Translations under genes and position numbers: made by a program | The notes under the pieces: generated by a model | What the model was told of the DNA's origin: nothing | Database searches by the model: none | Seen by the model: only the letters and a program-made list of their open reading frames with translations | Origin: an uncultured virus (IMG/VR IMGVR_UViG_3300045125_000130) | Lineage: Duplodnaviria; Heunggongvirae; Uroviricota; Caudoviricetes | Direction: 5' to 3' (one strand) | DNA: 64,000 nt | Virus record (IMG/VR): IMGVR_UViG_3300045125_000130 | Shown: positions 41,559 through 53,756 of the stretch, one piece after another | Layout: every line of letters begins with the position of its first letter | Position numbering within the stretch: the first letter of the stretch is position 1

Positions 41559-42968
41559 GTGAAAACGAGTGGAGTGTCCAAAGTGAATAAAAAGTCAATT
41601 TAGAAAAGTTACCTTGAGCTTTTTTACGAAAATGAAGCTTCAGAAGAAAGACCAAAAGGTTATTGATGTTCAAGGCGGCAGCGAAGATTGATACGGGAGA
41701 AATAGTTTCCGCTCCGGATTCTGCACAAATGGATACTGAAGAAGCAGAAAACCTAAAATAGCTGATCAAATTAGTAACGATATTGCTCAGGCAGTTGATA
41801 GCATGGTTCCAACTCCAGAACAAATTGAAAACATAAATTGCATAGCAATCCAGATGCCGAGATTTTACAAGAAAAGAAAAAAATAGATATCGATTTAATA
41901 TTCGAAGCTTCACGTGGAGGCATTGCTGAACAAATTAAAATCGGTGAAAAAATTGTACAACTGGTCAAAGCAAAAACCGGAAGAACGGTAAATTTTGAAT
42001 CAAACAAAGCCGGCTCTACATTACCAGACGTAAAGATATTAGATCAAAGAGGTAATCCAATAGCGCAGTTTGAATCCAAATCATCAAAAAGTGCCAATAA
42101 CGAAGTTTTCTTTTGATCAAACGTTAGATGTAAATGTAAATCGTGAAGAAACGTTTGGACCACTTCTAAACTTATAGCGGAAACAAATGGTCTAAAATTT
42201 ATCAAAAAACACCAAAAGGCACATTTGAAGAAATACCTCCTGCAAATTTATAGCGACGTAAGCACATTAGCTCATGCAATGATAAATCAAGCAAGTAAAA
42301 AGGCGGAAAACCCGGCTGCGGAAAATATGGAGAACTAACAGCTCCAATGTTTGGTAACGATAATGGCGGTTTTGAATATTAGTAATATGGGTGCCGCTGG
42401 ATATCCGGACTTGTGGTGCAGTCATGAGTTCGATATGTTTAAAGATCCGGAAACTAAGCAACAAGATGTAATATTCTTTAAGCCAAATCCTATGGCTACT
42501 CAAATACATCCTGACAGAATATTCTTCTACGAAGCAAAAGATGACGTTGAAGTTTATAAATATACCACTATAGTTGGGAAAATAAAAATAAAAGGAAAAC
42601 CATATTTCTGGATTAATAAACTTAACAAGAGAAGTGCTGGAGATGCAGGAACTTTGGCATCAGAGTGTTTCAGAGTTAACAACATGGATAGTCTACCGGT
42701 CGAAAGGTCAGCAGCAATAAAACAAGCTGCATCATTAATAATAACAGACCATTTAAAAGAAGGGGAGATCACTATTTCGCTGTTGTTAAACCGGAAAATA
42801 TTTATATATTTCAAACTGGACTTGGAAATCCTTTGAGATTAAATGCTCCAGTATTGGGTCCAGAACACTTTGTTACGGTTGGTTTCGGAACATACGGCGT
42901 TGGAGGACACAACCTTATAAGAATGGCATTAAAGTGCCGTCTAAACTTAAATGGTGTACCTACGTTAG
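41559..42968 (+). CDS. Putative PD-(D/E)xK nuclease-fold protein (frameshifted)
   Basis: AGSTLPDVKILD...IAQFESKS matches PD...ExK spacing; ORF fragments 41838-42116 and 42351-42836. Confidence 0.45.
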
Positions 42969-42975
42969 ATCAACT

Positions 42976-43543
42976 TTAAAATTCGTTAAGACTTAAACGC
43001 TCATATATATCCGGTCCATAGATTCTAACTGGCTCTGGTAATCCGGATATAAAACTTTCGGCTTTGCCTTGAGCCAATGCCTTACGCATGACTGTTCCAG
43101 AGATACCTTTCACCTGTCTCTCCACGATCAACTATATGCAAGTATAACCTGTTCATTCTCTACAAGACGAGAAGTTCCAGTATTTCATCTGCATGGCATC
43201 ATTATATGATTTTTGCATATCCTCTGGATCTGAATAAACAACATATGTGTTCATGTTACCTTCATCTGCATTAGCATCAATAAGAAGCTCATAGAATCGA
43301 ACGTATTGGCTGTTTAGCATATACCACGTCTACATTACCTAGTTCTGTTATGACCGGCTCCAGTATTCATTCCATACCGGCTGCATCTGTGCCCAAGTAA
43401 GAGGAAGTTCTCCTTCACGCTTTCTATCGCCAACAGAGACAAAAGTTTAACCTCGTCGCATTCACTTGAAGCCTTTTTGAACTAAATTAATGACCAGCAA
43501 TGGGTTTAAATCCACCAGCTATAAGACAGGTGTTTGCGAGCAC
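42976..43543 (-). CDS. Cytidylyltransferase-like (HIGH-superfamily) protein
   Basis: LIAGGFKP..AGH..LV..AS.ECDEV..FVSVGDRKR ... VSGTVMRKAL (KMSKS-equivalent SGT motif). Confidence 0.7.
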
Positions 43544-43603
43544 TTTATAGTTAACCTTCTCTAATTGGTAGGGTTCCACAAACTATTTATGGATAATAAT
43601 AAC

Positions 43604-43950
43604 ATGAATAAATATGACAGCATACCGGATAAGATTTGGGAAGCTATTAATTATGTAATGCAATATGCCAATGAGTCTGAGGATTGGTTGGCAGTTAAAA
43701 GAAATATTGTGGTTATTAAACAATGAATATCGTCATTATTTCTCCGTAGGCATTATGTGACTAGAAACATTCCCTAAATGATTTTGAAAAACTTGTGATA
43801 GAGTATTGGAAGAGTGAGACGAACCCAAAAGTTAAAATCAACTGATAACGTTATACATAATCCTGAATGGGTAAGGCACCGTAGGGGTTGGGGTCTTAAG
43901 AAATACAACCGAGAGAGACAAAAAAATGCACTCAAAGAAAAAGAAACATA
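43604..43950 (+). CDS. Hypothetical protein
   Basis: MNKYDSIPDKIWEAINYVMQYA..., preceded by TATTTA; frameshifted. Confidence 0.45.
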
Positions 43951-45290
43951 ATTCTTATAATGTTCTTTATAGAGAATATGTTAGTTTAAGAACAAAAAAT
44001 CTTATGAGAGAAGATGCCGGTGGCGATCAATATTATTACGGAGATAGCAGTTATGGTATGTATTCTGCTGGCTCTGCTGAAAAAGAGATATGGATGTAAT
44101 ATTATCTATATTCGGTATTAAAAAGTCTTCAAAACATTGGAAGAGTAGCTTTAGGCGTTGGAGAAGCTATTATTACTCGAGTTTTTGGTGAGCTATACGT
44201 GTTTGCTCAAAGATTATGGCATCTAATTAATCCATATTATTGGGCCGAATCTCAGCGAAGACCTTAACGCTTTGACACAGCAAACCCGAGCTTCTATAGA
44301 AGGAAGAATATCTAGAGCAAATGCTGGATACGCCGATGTAATGCGTGAAAGTGATAGAATAATAGAAAGAATGAGCCCTGATTTTAAAATTTTTGCAATG
44401 TTTTTAGCCAATCCAGCTAGTGCTATGGCATCATCTGCAACATCGGAAAGTGTAGGTGGATTATATAACGTTTATCACCGAATTAGATACTTGTTGGACC
44501 ACCGGGCGCCCCGGGAATTACGCCAACAGGTACCGATGCAACTTTAGCCGCTCGTAGAACCGATTTATTTAATCGGGCTCGAAGCAACTGATACTTCTCG
44601 TGGTACCGGAGGTAATACATTGCAAGCAGTCGCCCGGACATACTCTTGGGAGAAAATGCATCGGAAGAAGATATAAATCAATTAATATCTTCTTCTGGTA
44701 TGATTAATGAGCCGGCGGCGCTGTACCAGAAGATAATGCCAGACCTTCGGCACCCGGACCCAATAGAGCAACTAGAACATCTACTATGTCTCCTACTTCT
44801 ACTGATCCTCAAGTTCAAGCTTTGCTTAACCAAGCAAGACAATTAAATCAAAGTTACGTTAACTTTTTGAAATCACCTGAAGCAACATCTGGTTTGTTAA
44901 ACAATCCAGGAGTAAGAGAAGGTCAACAGCATTGGTCAACGTAATTGTCAACAATTACCGAAATCAAATCCGAGATTTATCATTTGAAAGAATGCGATCT
45001 GAACATCCAGAAGAATTTGAAAGAATAGAAGAAGAGGCTCGTCAACAACAAGAAAGAGCTTCGGAAGCAAATGATGCAGAAGAAAATAATTCAGATGAAC
45101 GTTCAGAAGAAAATGAAACTTCTATACTTTTTGATACCGAAGAAAAAGAAATGCATTTGTCGCATACGTAAAACAACAAATGGCTGTTCCTTCCATAGCA
45201 CAATTACAAACCTTAGCACAACAAACGCCAGAGTTAAGAACCGCCGTTGATACTGAATTCGGCAATCAAAGCTTAGCTAGCGCCCGATGA
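43926..45290 (+). CDS. Hypothetical protein (frameshifted)
   Basis: Co-oriented fragments 44272-44547, 44646-44846 and 44932-45171; N-terminal REYVSLRTKNLMRE. Confidence 0.45.
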
Positions 45291-45341
45291 ACATTTAAAC
45301 GTTAAGATAATATCCTCAATAAAAACCAAGGAGGATATTAT

Positions 45342-45623
45342 ATGGCATTAGATGCAGCAGAACGTCAACCCGACGAGATTAATGAACTAACCGCTCTTGT
45401 CGTTGAATTTGTTGATCGTTTTAAGAATATAGAAAATGAGATTACTCTTCTTAAAGAAAGTCAGAAAGAGCTTCTAGAGGAGTATAGTGATCGCCTTGAT
45501 GTAAAGACCTTACAGGCGGCTATGAGAACTGTTAAGATCAAAAAGAAGGTTTCCTACAAGGATACCTTTGATACATTTGTTGATATCTTAGAAGAGAAAG
45601 AAAGTATATGGAGCATCAGCTAA
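45342..45623 (+). CDS. Small dsDNA-binding protein (GapR/DUF2312- or T4 DsbA-like)
   Basis: VEFVDRFKNIENEITLLKESQKELLEEY...LDVKTLQAAMRTVKIKKK; GGAGG SD. Confidence 0.65.
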   Translation: MALDAAERQPDEINELTALVVEFVDRFKNIENEITLLKESQKELLEEYSDRLDVKTLQAAMRTVKIKKKVSYKDTFDTFVDILEEKESIWSIS

Positions 45624-46024
45624 AGCAGTAAATAAGCAACCACAGTTACCAGTTATTCTTTATGAAGAACCGTCTGGTAAAAATGATCGTGGTATTTCAA
45701 TGCCTTACATCGAGGTACCAAAGGGTGGACAGATGCCACCGATGCTTTTCATATTCGAATACAAGCATACTGGAGAAACAGAACCAGATGACCGAGGAAG
45801 GGAAGTTGCTATAGTTGATCAAATTCCACACAAGTACGTTGATATGGAATATCTTAAAGATAGACCTCACCAGAGTTAAATGATCAAATTCGTGTTGCAC
45901 TTGGTATGAAACCACTTCAAGTTGCAAAACAAGAAGGTCAAAAGATAATGGACAAAGTAATGTTCCAGGTTTCTATCACAAAGCGATGAAGCCGAAAAAA
46001 AAAAGAAAGAAAAAGAGAATTAGT
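45608..46024 (+). CDS. Hypothetical protein
   Basis: MEHQ...LPVILYEEPSG...MPYIEVPKGGQMPPMLFIFEYKHTGE; frameshifted. Confidence 0.45.
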
Positions 46025-46061
46025 CGCTCAAGACTAGAAAAGAAAACCAAGGAGAAGACAC

Positions 46062-46247
46062 ATGAAATTACATCCAGCAGTTATCGATAAATTAATATAT
46101 CTTTACGAAAATTATGGCGGACATTTAAACAATCCAAAGCTACGTGCCCATTTAAATAATATTGATTTATCAGCTTATGAACGTAAAACCGGCGAACAAG
46201 ATGTTGTTCTTGCTCTAACAGAAGAATATGGTAAAAGCTCTACGTAA
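46062..46247 (+). CDS. Hypothetical protein
   Basis: Intact 61-aa ORF with GGAG SD. Confidence 0.55.
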   Translation: MKLHPAVIDKLIYLYENYGGHLNNPKLRAHLNNIDLSAYERKTGEQDVVLALTEEYGKSST

Positions 46248-46257
46248 GTGAGTAAAA

Positions 46258-46840
46258 ATGCCTTTAGGACAAAATAGTAGTTTAAAAATAGGTCCAAAAA
46301 TAATATATGTGCTTTCAAACAAGGCACAAGAAATTATTCCAGCTATCGTTGTTGAAGAAATGACCGTTAAAGAAGTCTGATGGAAACGAAGTTTCTTGGA
46401 AAGTTTCCGTTGGACCAACGGGAAAAAGAAAAAATAATTGACCTCAAAACGTTTAGATGGCAAGATACTATGTCCATCATTAGATGGTTAAAAACATCTT
46501 AAAGAAAGATTAGAACAATTTATAAATACCATAGTAGAAGATGCTGCTAAAGAAGCTGATGCATGGTATGGTTCGAAAAGAAATGCAAATAGTAGAACAA
46601 TCACAGAATGAAGATAAAGTTGATCCGGATTCATTAGTAGAAGAAGATATAGCTTCTGCAACACCAAAAATAACAGAAATAAAAAAGAAAAAGCCGGTTA
46701 TATCTAAAGCACAAGCAGCTAAAGAAGCTCGAAACAAACTCACTGCAGCAGCTATGTCTGAAGAACCACAAAAAGTTCTGAGTGCATAGTGAATCAGAAG
46801 AAATTAAATGCAGATGGTCAAGTAGTAAAGGTTAATATCA
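46258..46840 (+). CDS. Hypothetical protein
   Basis: MPLGQNSSLKIG...IYVLSNKAQEIIPAIVVEE; frameshifted. Confidence 0.45.
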
Positions 46841-46844
46841 GAAC

Positions 46845-48560
46845 ATGAGCAATCAAACTCCTAGTCAACGAGTTGTTTTCTTTCCTAAAGCCATGAAGAA
46901 CTTTATAAAGGAGCTACAGTCATTACAAACTTTTCTTAGCTTCTACCATGGGTCCATCGGTCACTCCGTTATTATCGATATGGAAACCGGTCCTCCGCTT
47001 ATAACAAGAAGCAGTTACTGTAGCAAAATCGATTAATCTTAAAGACAAACTTCAATCTATGGGAGCTGAACTCCTTAAAGAAGTTGCATCTAAAATAAAT
47101 GATATTGCAGGAGATGGTACCATAACCGCTACTGTATTAGGTCATGCTATCTTCACAGAAGGTCTTAAGATGATTTCCACAGGACGTTCTGCTATCGATA
47201 TTAAAAAAGGAATGGATTATGCTACGGACATTGTTATCAAACATCTTCGACAAACTTCTATCCCTCTTTCCTCAAGAGGATATCATTAATGTTGGAACAA
47301 TCTCTGCTAATGGTGATCGTTCTATCGGTGAGTTATTGGCTACTGCAATAGAACGTGTAGGCAATGACGGCATAATAACAGTAGAACCAGCCAAGAGCGT
47401 TGAAACGACCCTTGATATTGTCGAGGGTATGCAAATTAGACAGCGGCTATGTTTCACCATTCTCATTACAAATTCAGAACGTGCTACATGTGAACTCCCA
47501 AAAGAGACCCATACGTTCTAATGACGCCTAATAAGATATCTTCAATACAAGATATTGTTGGTTTATTAGAAGGCGTTCTTAAACCTCACGTCCCTTCTTA
47601 TTATCGCAGACGATGTAGAAGGTGAAGCACTTCATACCCTTATCGTTAACAAAACAAAGGAGGATTGTTAGGTTTGTACGATTAAAGCAAGCTATGGTGA
47701 GCATCGTGCAGATATTCTTTCCGATATTCAAACGTTAACAGGCGGTTTAGTATTTAATAGCGCAACTGATTTAACTCTTAAAAAGGCAAATCTTAATCAT
47801 CTTGGTTCCGCTAAAAGGTTATTGTAGGACGTAATACAACCACAATCATTAGCGACCTTGATGGAGATCGTAAGACAGCTCTAGAAGACCGTATAAAGGC
47901 TCTTAGAACCTCTTTGACAGAAGATAAGACCTTGGATGCCCTCCACACGTTGACAAATACCGTAAAGGCTTTGAAGGCTCTCTGGTGGCGTTGCTGTGAT
48001 TAAGGTTGGCGGTTCAACCGAAGTAGAGATTTTAGAAAAGAAAGATAGAGTGGAGGATACGTATTAAATCGACATTGGTACTTCACGCAAGAAGGTATTG
48101 TTCCTGGGGTGGTACTGCTCTTTACTACTCTGCTAATACTCTCCAGAGAACGTATAAAAGCTATATCTACTTTTGCATAACCAAGATGAATAGCTGGTAT
48201 GGAAATTATCGCCAACGTTTGTGAATATCCGCTTAACTTCATTATTCAAACATGCAGCGCCTCACCAGACGTTTGTTAAACAAAGATTAAACTGATATAC
48301 CGGACATAAGGTATTCTATATCGATACAGAAAATGCCGATGTAGAAGATTTAGTTTCTGCTGTAAGACATTTAGTAAAATGAACACAAAATAAAGATGAA
48401 CGTCGTTTGGTTATAATGCTACTAAAGGAACATATGGAGATTTGGTAGCAGAAGGTATAATGAATCAGTTAAGTTTTAAGATATGCATTGGAGCACGCAG
48501 TTAGCGTTATTGGTCTAACTCTATCCTGTAACTCTGTAGTAAACGAAGAGGAAGAATTGA
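46845..48560 (+). CDS. groEL: Chaperonin GroEL (frameshifted)
   Basis: [109 protein letters not shown]. Confidence 0.92.
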
Positions 48561-48561
48561 T

Positions 48562-48908
48562 ATGAAAGGTGATGATACAAATCACATCAGGCGCAAATTC
48601 ATACTCCAGGCAGATGGTATTGCCGTATATGGTCCAACAAAACTTGGTAATGGACAACTTAAAGAAAGTTATGATGGTTCATTTGAATTTCAAAGATTAG
48701 GTGGAGTGAAGCTGGGACAACCGGAGTTATTCAGGGTCCACCACTTAAAATTCATCACTGGCACACACTTACAAATGCACCAGCGACAATACATCTAGGT
48801 GGCACAAATGATTTTGTTAACATGTTTCCAATATATTTGGATCAATATCAACAAATAGGATGGTTTCCATCAGATCATATCGAGATTGTTTCGGGTGACA
48901 TTTTAAGA
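48562..48908 (+). CDS. Hypothetical protein
   Basis: ORF 48562-48798 plus a frameshifted tail. Confidence 0.4.
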
Positions 48909-48911
48909 TGA

Positions 48912-49415
48912 TCAAACTCCAACAATTCTTTGCTTAAGAAGATATAAAACTCCTTCATGTTCATCTAGAATGGTCCCTAATAATTGCTCAGCTCCTCTTT
49001 GTTCCCGTATGACCCTGGCTTTTGAGTTGATCCGTCATTTTTTCGCCGGCTGTTGCCGACGATTTTCCGCAAGGAGAGATCGTTTTGCCATTTTAAGAGA
49101 AATACACCATCGAAATATCTCCATCTTCAACAGCTTCTATATAACGACGCATATTCTCTGGTAGGTGTCTTGGCATAACCAGTGATCTGAAGAACCTAAT
49201 CCAGCTGCCTTTTCTCCAACTGAAATCGAATTTGACCATCAGCTAATTCATATAATCTCTGATAAAGAAGATGATCTCCCATAAAATGTGGACCCTGTGT
49301 TTGCCAATGATGGGTATGATGCAACATCGAAAGAGCACGTAACAAATCAATAAACACTCCAAGCTCTGCATATTGCATCGCCATAAGTTATGAATAGGTC
49401 TTCTAATTTAAGCAT
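48912..49415 (-). CDS. Dps/ferritin-like protein
   Basis: LHHTHHWQTQGPHFMGDHLLYQRLYE..DGQID...EK (HW...H...E..D..E ferroxidase-type pattern); C-terminal LDEHEGVLYLLKQR. Confidence 0.7.
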
Positions 49416-49417
49416 TA

Positions 49418-49810
49418 TTATTTTCCTTTTGCCTTTAAGATATTCTCTATTAGTCGTTTTAATACATTTTCCACACTTTTACATATTTCATATGCTTCTG
49501 TAATATGACGCTTTATAGCTTTATTTCGCATATGACCTTTATTTGTAATCGTAGCCCCATATAGTTCTTGTGTCCAGTTTTCATATAATGTTACAATGTT
49601 TACAATGTTCATAGGAATTTTCTGAATTCTTTTGGAAAACTGCCGCAAAACGTTAGGCGCAATCTGTATAACATTCTCTTCTGGATCACTTGGATCTTTA
49701 CTCTCTGAATTATAATTCATTTATATCTTTGAGCATTGCCGCTATATCTTGCACTTTTTCAGCAAGACCACAATCTCTTTCTTTGTTAGTGTATCAAAAC
49801 TCATTTCACT
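49418..49810 (-). CDS. Hypothetical protein
   Basis: ORF 49418-49720 with a frameshifted upstream part; TATTTA upstream. Confidence 0.45.
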
Positions 49811-50062
49811 AACGCTTAAATATATAAAAACACAAAAGCCAAAGCCGCGAAGGTGGCTTACATCTGCTATTATATCACTTTTCATTTCGTGATCTACTTC
49901 CCTCATATAATCCATTGTTTGTTCGATCGGCGTTTACCGGTGGAGGAGCACTTGGTATAGGCAACTGTACTCTATTTGTAGAGGCTGTTGCTGTTGCTCT
50001 CGCTCTCTTATCGTATTCTTTACCCATTCCCAAAAATCTGGATTATCCATAACACCCTCCTA

Positions 50063-50622
50063 CTATAAGTAGGAGAGTGCTGCACGACGAAGTGCTTTGC
50101 AAAACCAATATCATATAGAGCAATTCCACAACTAATGCTCACATTATGAATCGTTATTCAACCCAAGAATAGGAATGGTTACAACGCTATGACTAACGTT
50201 AAGAATAGGATCTGGAACACCAGACTTTTTCACTACCAAAGAATAGAATAGGATTATCCGGATATCGGAAATGTCGAATATCATGGCTTTCCAAAGTTAT
50301 CACGCCGCTCGAAAGAAACAATGTTCCTATCCTTCATGCCCTCAATAAAAGCATCAAGAGTAGCCCAACGCTTAAGATGCCGCTTTTCAAGAAAGCGTCA
50401 GAGTAGATAGCGCACCCTTCTCATGGAAACCATTCAACCTCCACTAGATATGAATATCTCGCACAAGAAAGTTATGGGCGGTTCTAATCATGCCGCCGAT
50501 ATTAAACTCATTCTTTGAACCGAAGATTACGCAACGCTTACAGGTTGCCTGCGCTTCATCCAAGGCATCACCTGGAATGGCCATCACGGGTTAGTCCAGA
50601 AAGATCCAGGTCCGATTGACAT
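50063..50622 (-). CDS. SpoU/TrmH-family RNA 2'-O-methyltransferase
   Basis: SKNEFNIGGMIRTAHNF (motif 1), ILFFGSEKSGVP (motif 2), VTIPILGLN..HNVSISCGIALYD (motif 3). Confidence 0.8.
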
Positions 50623-50657
50623 ACTTTATCTCTGCATTATTCCAATAAGGGGTTTTC

Positions 50658-50925
50658 TTAAAACGTTCTGAAAAAGACTGAAAACTGTTCTGTGGATAGT
50701 TTGGCAGAGTTTGGGGTTTTCTTATTGAAGTTATAACGAAAATCTTGAATATATGCTCTACAAATACAAAGAGCGGCTTCTATACGATGCCGCTCCTTAT
50801 ATGTTGGCTTAAATCCACCGATTACCAAACAAAACTGTTTAGGCTCAATCGTCGTCCCGATCTCGGCTTCGGGGTCCACGGGACTTATTGCGTCGGGCGT
50901 TATTATCACGGCGGAAGCTTCATTG
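50658..50925 (-). CDS. Hypothetical protein
   Basis: 83-aa ORF between infA and the TrmH-family gene. Confidence 0.4.
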
Positions 50926-50929
50926 TTCT

Positions 50930-51200
50930 CTACCGAAGCGCGTAATTATCTCGGGCAGCGTTAATCCGGAAAGTATTACGTCCCATGCTCGTATCATATG
51001 GAGAAACCTCTAGCTTAACTCGGTCCCCTACCTGCAAATCAATCTTATTCTGTCGCATCTTGCCAGAAAGCTTTGCAGTTACCACCTGATCGGTGCCCTC
51101 AGCCCGAACACTGAAAAATATCCCGTAGAATGATCCAAAACCACACCAACCATTTCCATACGATCCGTCATTTATCTGCTTGCCTTTTCTATCTTTCTTT
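50930..51200 (-). CDS. infA: Translation initiation factor IF-1
   Basis: FSVRAEGTDQVVTAKLSGKMRQNKIDLQVGDRVKLEVSPYDTSMGRxTFR, the S1/IF-1 signature. N-terminus frameshifted. Confidence 0.88.
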
Positions 51201-51216
51201 TTGTTGTTAACCGAAA

Positions 51217-51292
51217 CGTTCCCGGCAGGATTTGAACCTGCGACCAACGAGGTAGAAGCTCGTTGGCTCTATCCGGACTGAGCTGCAGGAAC
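51217..51292 (-). tRNA. tRNA-Arg(UCU)
   Basis: GTTCCTG acceptor; anticodon arm ACGAG-CTTCTAC-CTCGT; T-arm GCAGG-TTCAAAT-CCTGC; no encoded CCA. Confidence 0.9.
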
Positions 51293-51340
51293 CTGATATA
51301 TCTAATCTAACAGATGCCAAGATCAAATATATACCATTAT

Positions 51341-51722
51341 TCACCACCGATAAATGTAGCTATCTCCCTCATAAACCGGATCCAAGTTATTGCTATATCA
51401 GATTAGCATTAATCAGAACGTACATCCAGGCGGGTTCACTTTCATCCCGAAGCTGCACACTACTCGATTATAAAAATGACCATTACTTTCAAGTCGATCC
51501 AGACGAGCCAGCGTCATATCATCCACTTCATAGAAGCTCCCCATAAATAGAAGCAGAAAGAGCGCCATGATACTCCTTAACCACTCCTGGGAAACCACCA
51601 AGCGAACGCATAATCCAAGTTTCATCCTGGGTAATACGCTCTCCGATAAAACGGCTTTCACAAAGTAGCTGATTATTATGCCGCCCTCGCTTCAAACTAC
51701 CATATACAAAAACCCGATGCAT
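51341..51722 (-). CDS. Gamma-glutamylcyclotransferase (GGCT/AIG2-like)
   Basis: MHRVFVYGSLKRGRHNNQLL...LGGFPGV...IYGExYEVDDMTLARLDRLE...FYNR. Confidence 0.88.
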
Positions 51723-51824
51723 TCAGATTCTCCTGGCAGGGCTCAATCTTAACGTAGCCCGCCTAATCATATCATTAACAAACGTATTGGCGTTGGTGGA
51801 TTTGCGGAGATAGTCTCAAAAGCC

Positions 51825-53061
51825 TTATAAGCCCCTTTCTGCCACTTCCTCCATATGAACCCTGACGCTCGGAGCGTTCGTTAGACTGTCAATCCAAAGC
51901 CGCTCCACAAACTCCCGGTGATTAGCGGCTCGGATATCCCAATGAAAGAACCGATAAATCACGACGCAAGCTCCGCAGCACGCTCCTCGATAGTAGCTCA
52001 CGACACCAGCCGACAGACCACGAAGCGCCGTGTCACCAGCGGGAACGCTCGGCATGGTCGCCGCCGAACGAACACCACCAACGGGCGTGCCACTCTGCAC
52101 CTGCGCCTGGATTTCAAGGAAACGGCTATTGCTAACGCTAACCGAATAGGTGTTCCAAATGCGGCTCTTACGGACGGTGATGCCCCACTTGCGGCGGATC
52201 TCGCTCATGCACGCCGGGATGCTCGCCGCCGAATAACCCGAAATCTCCGCAAGACGGCTCGAGGGTAAGGCTCGGATAATCATTGACAAGAGCGTTAGAG
52301 ATCTTGAACAGACCCCTTATCACGGGCGTTCGTGCGACCGGCAGGACGACCACGACGCAGGGCGGGCGACCGCCGGAGTAGCAGAACGCCACAAGCTGAC
52401 GGCTAACCTCAACGAAGTTAAGGACGAAAAGAACCCAATTACTCCAATCTTGGTGCTGCTCACCGTGCCGCTGTGCTGGCGGAACTCAATGGTATTCTGG
52501 CGAACGTAGGCAGCGAGGTTAACCTTGAAGTAACGATCCCAGATTCGGGCGCTCATTGCCGCCGTGTTAGTGCAACCCGCAAAGCGCCGTGCCGTAGTTA
52601 CGCATCCGGTAGCCCATACCCTTGAGGTGGGTGTTATTATCCTGGCGACGGCTAATCGGCATGAAGCTATCGATCACGCTCTCATGCTCGGCGTAACAGC
52701 TTGACCCGATCATCTTGATCTCGTCAATGTTAAGATCGGGAAGCGCGCCAACGCGTGAACGTGAAGCCCACTGGGTCTTGTTAGCGGTAGCGCCAGCAGC
52801 GTTAAGCGCATCGGCAACCTTCTTAAGCGCCGTGCATGCCGCAGCACCACGGAGGATAGGGAAACAACCTCAATACCAGCGTTTCCACGGTTATCACGCA
52901 CTGGACGCATCCGTAACGATGCTTGCCAATGATTGCGGGTATTGTGATTGTAGCCTTCGATCTGCGCTCGGCCAGCCAGCGCACGGATAGCCTCACAAGC
53001 CGCCTGCCGGCAATCCCGATACACATCAATCTCAACACCAAACGTCCGAATTCGTCATCAT
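51825..53061 (-). CDS. Putative amidoligase (COOH-NH2 ligase, Amidoligase_2-like) with C-terminal HTH-like region
   Basis: FGVEIE-like start, W.IVTDAS, IEVVSPIL, GLHVH, RYFKVNL...TIEFRQHSGT; C-terminal SRLAEISGYSAASIPACMSEIRR. Confidence 0.82.
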
Positions 53062-53069
53062 ATGTATAC

Positions 53070-53098
53070 AGAATAGCAGATGTATCAGATTTTTTAAA
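53070..53098 (-). promoter_or_regulatory. sigma70-like promoter of the amidoligase gene
   Basis: TTTAAA-N17-TATTCT-N8-ATG. Confidence 0.5.
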
Positions 53099-53756
53099 GG
53101 TATTTATTTTTCCCTGTTTTTATGGGGTTTTATGAGATTTTGAGGTATCAAGTAAGCGGAAAATCGGACCTCGAACCGACAACGGCAACTTTGGAAGGAG
53201 TTGAACTCTACCGATGAGCTATTTCCGCAGAGGAGTCTTGATTTATTGCGGGTGATGGGTTTGCACCACCACGATCTTTGCGTTATAGAGCGCAACAGAC
53301 GCGCTACTTCTCCAGCCCGCTATATAAAAGATAGAACGGGTCTATCTTTTGTTGCAAGCTCTCCCGTAGTCATCTTCATATCTTCTTATATCTTTTTCAT
53401 CACAGACACCCATTTGAACTTCAATAAGTACTAAATCTTTGGCTGCTATGGCGTCCTATGTTTATGTTTTTTTGGAATAAAAATATGCACCACCAGTACC
53501 TATGTGGCGTTCCATTTCATCAAGTTGAGTGAGACCAAAACCACTTATTACAACCCACAATGTTCATCTCGTTGAGGAATGTGATTGTAAAGATATTCTG
53601 CAACCTTTTTTTATGAAAAGCTTTTTTAACTTTATAATTTTTCACCCTCATGGATGGTTTTCAAGCCATCCCCAAGGTCTTTCTTCACGATTAGATACTT
53701 CAGATGTCTCTTCTTTTTTTACTGACTTTTGATTTTGCCATACAGCTAACTAAATA

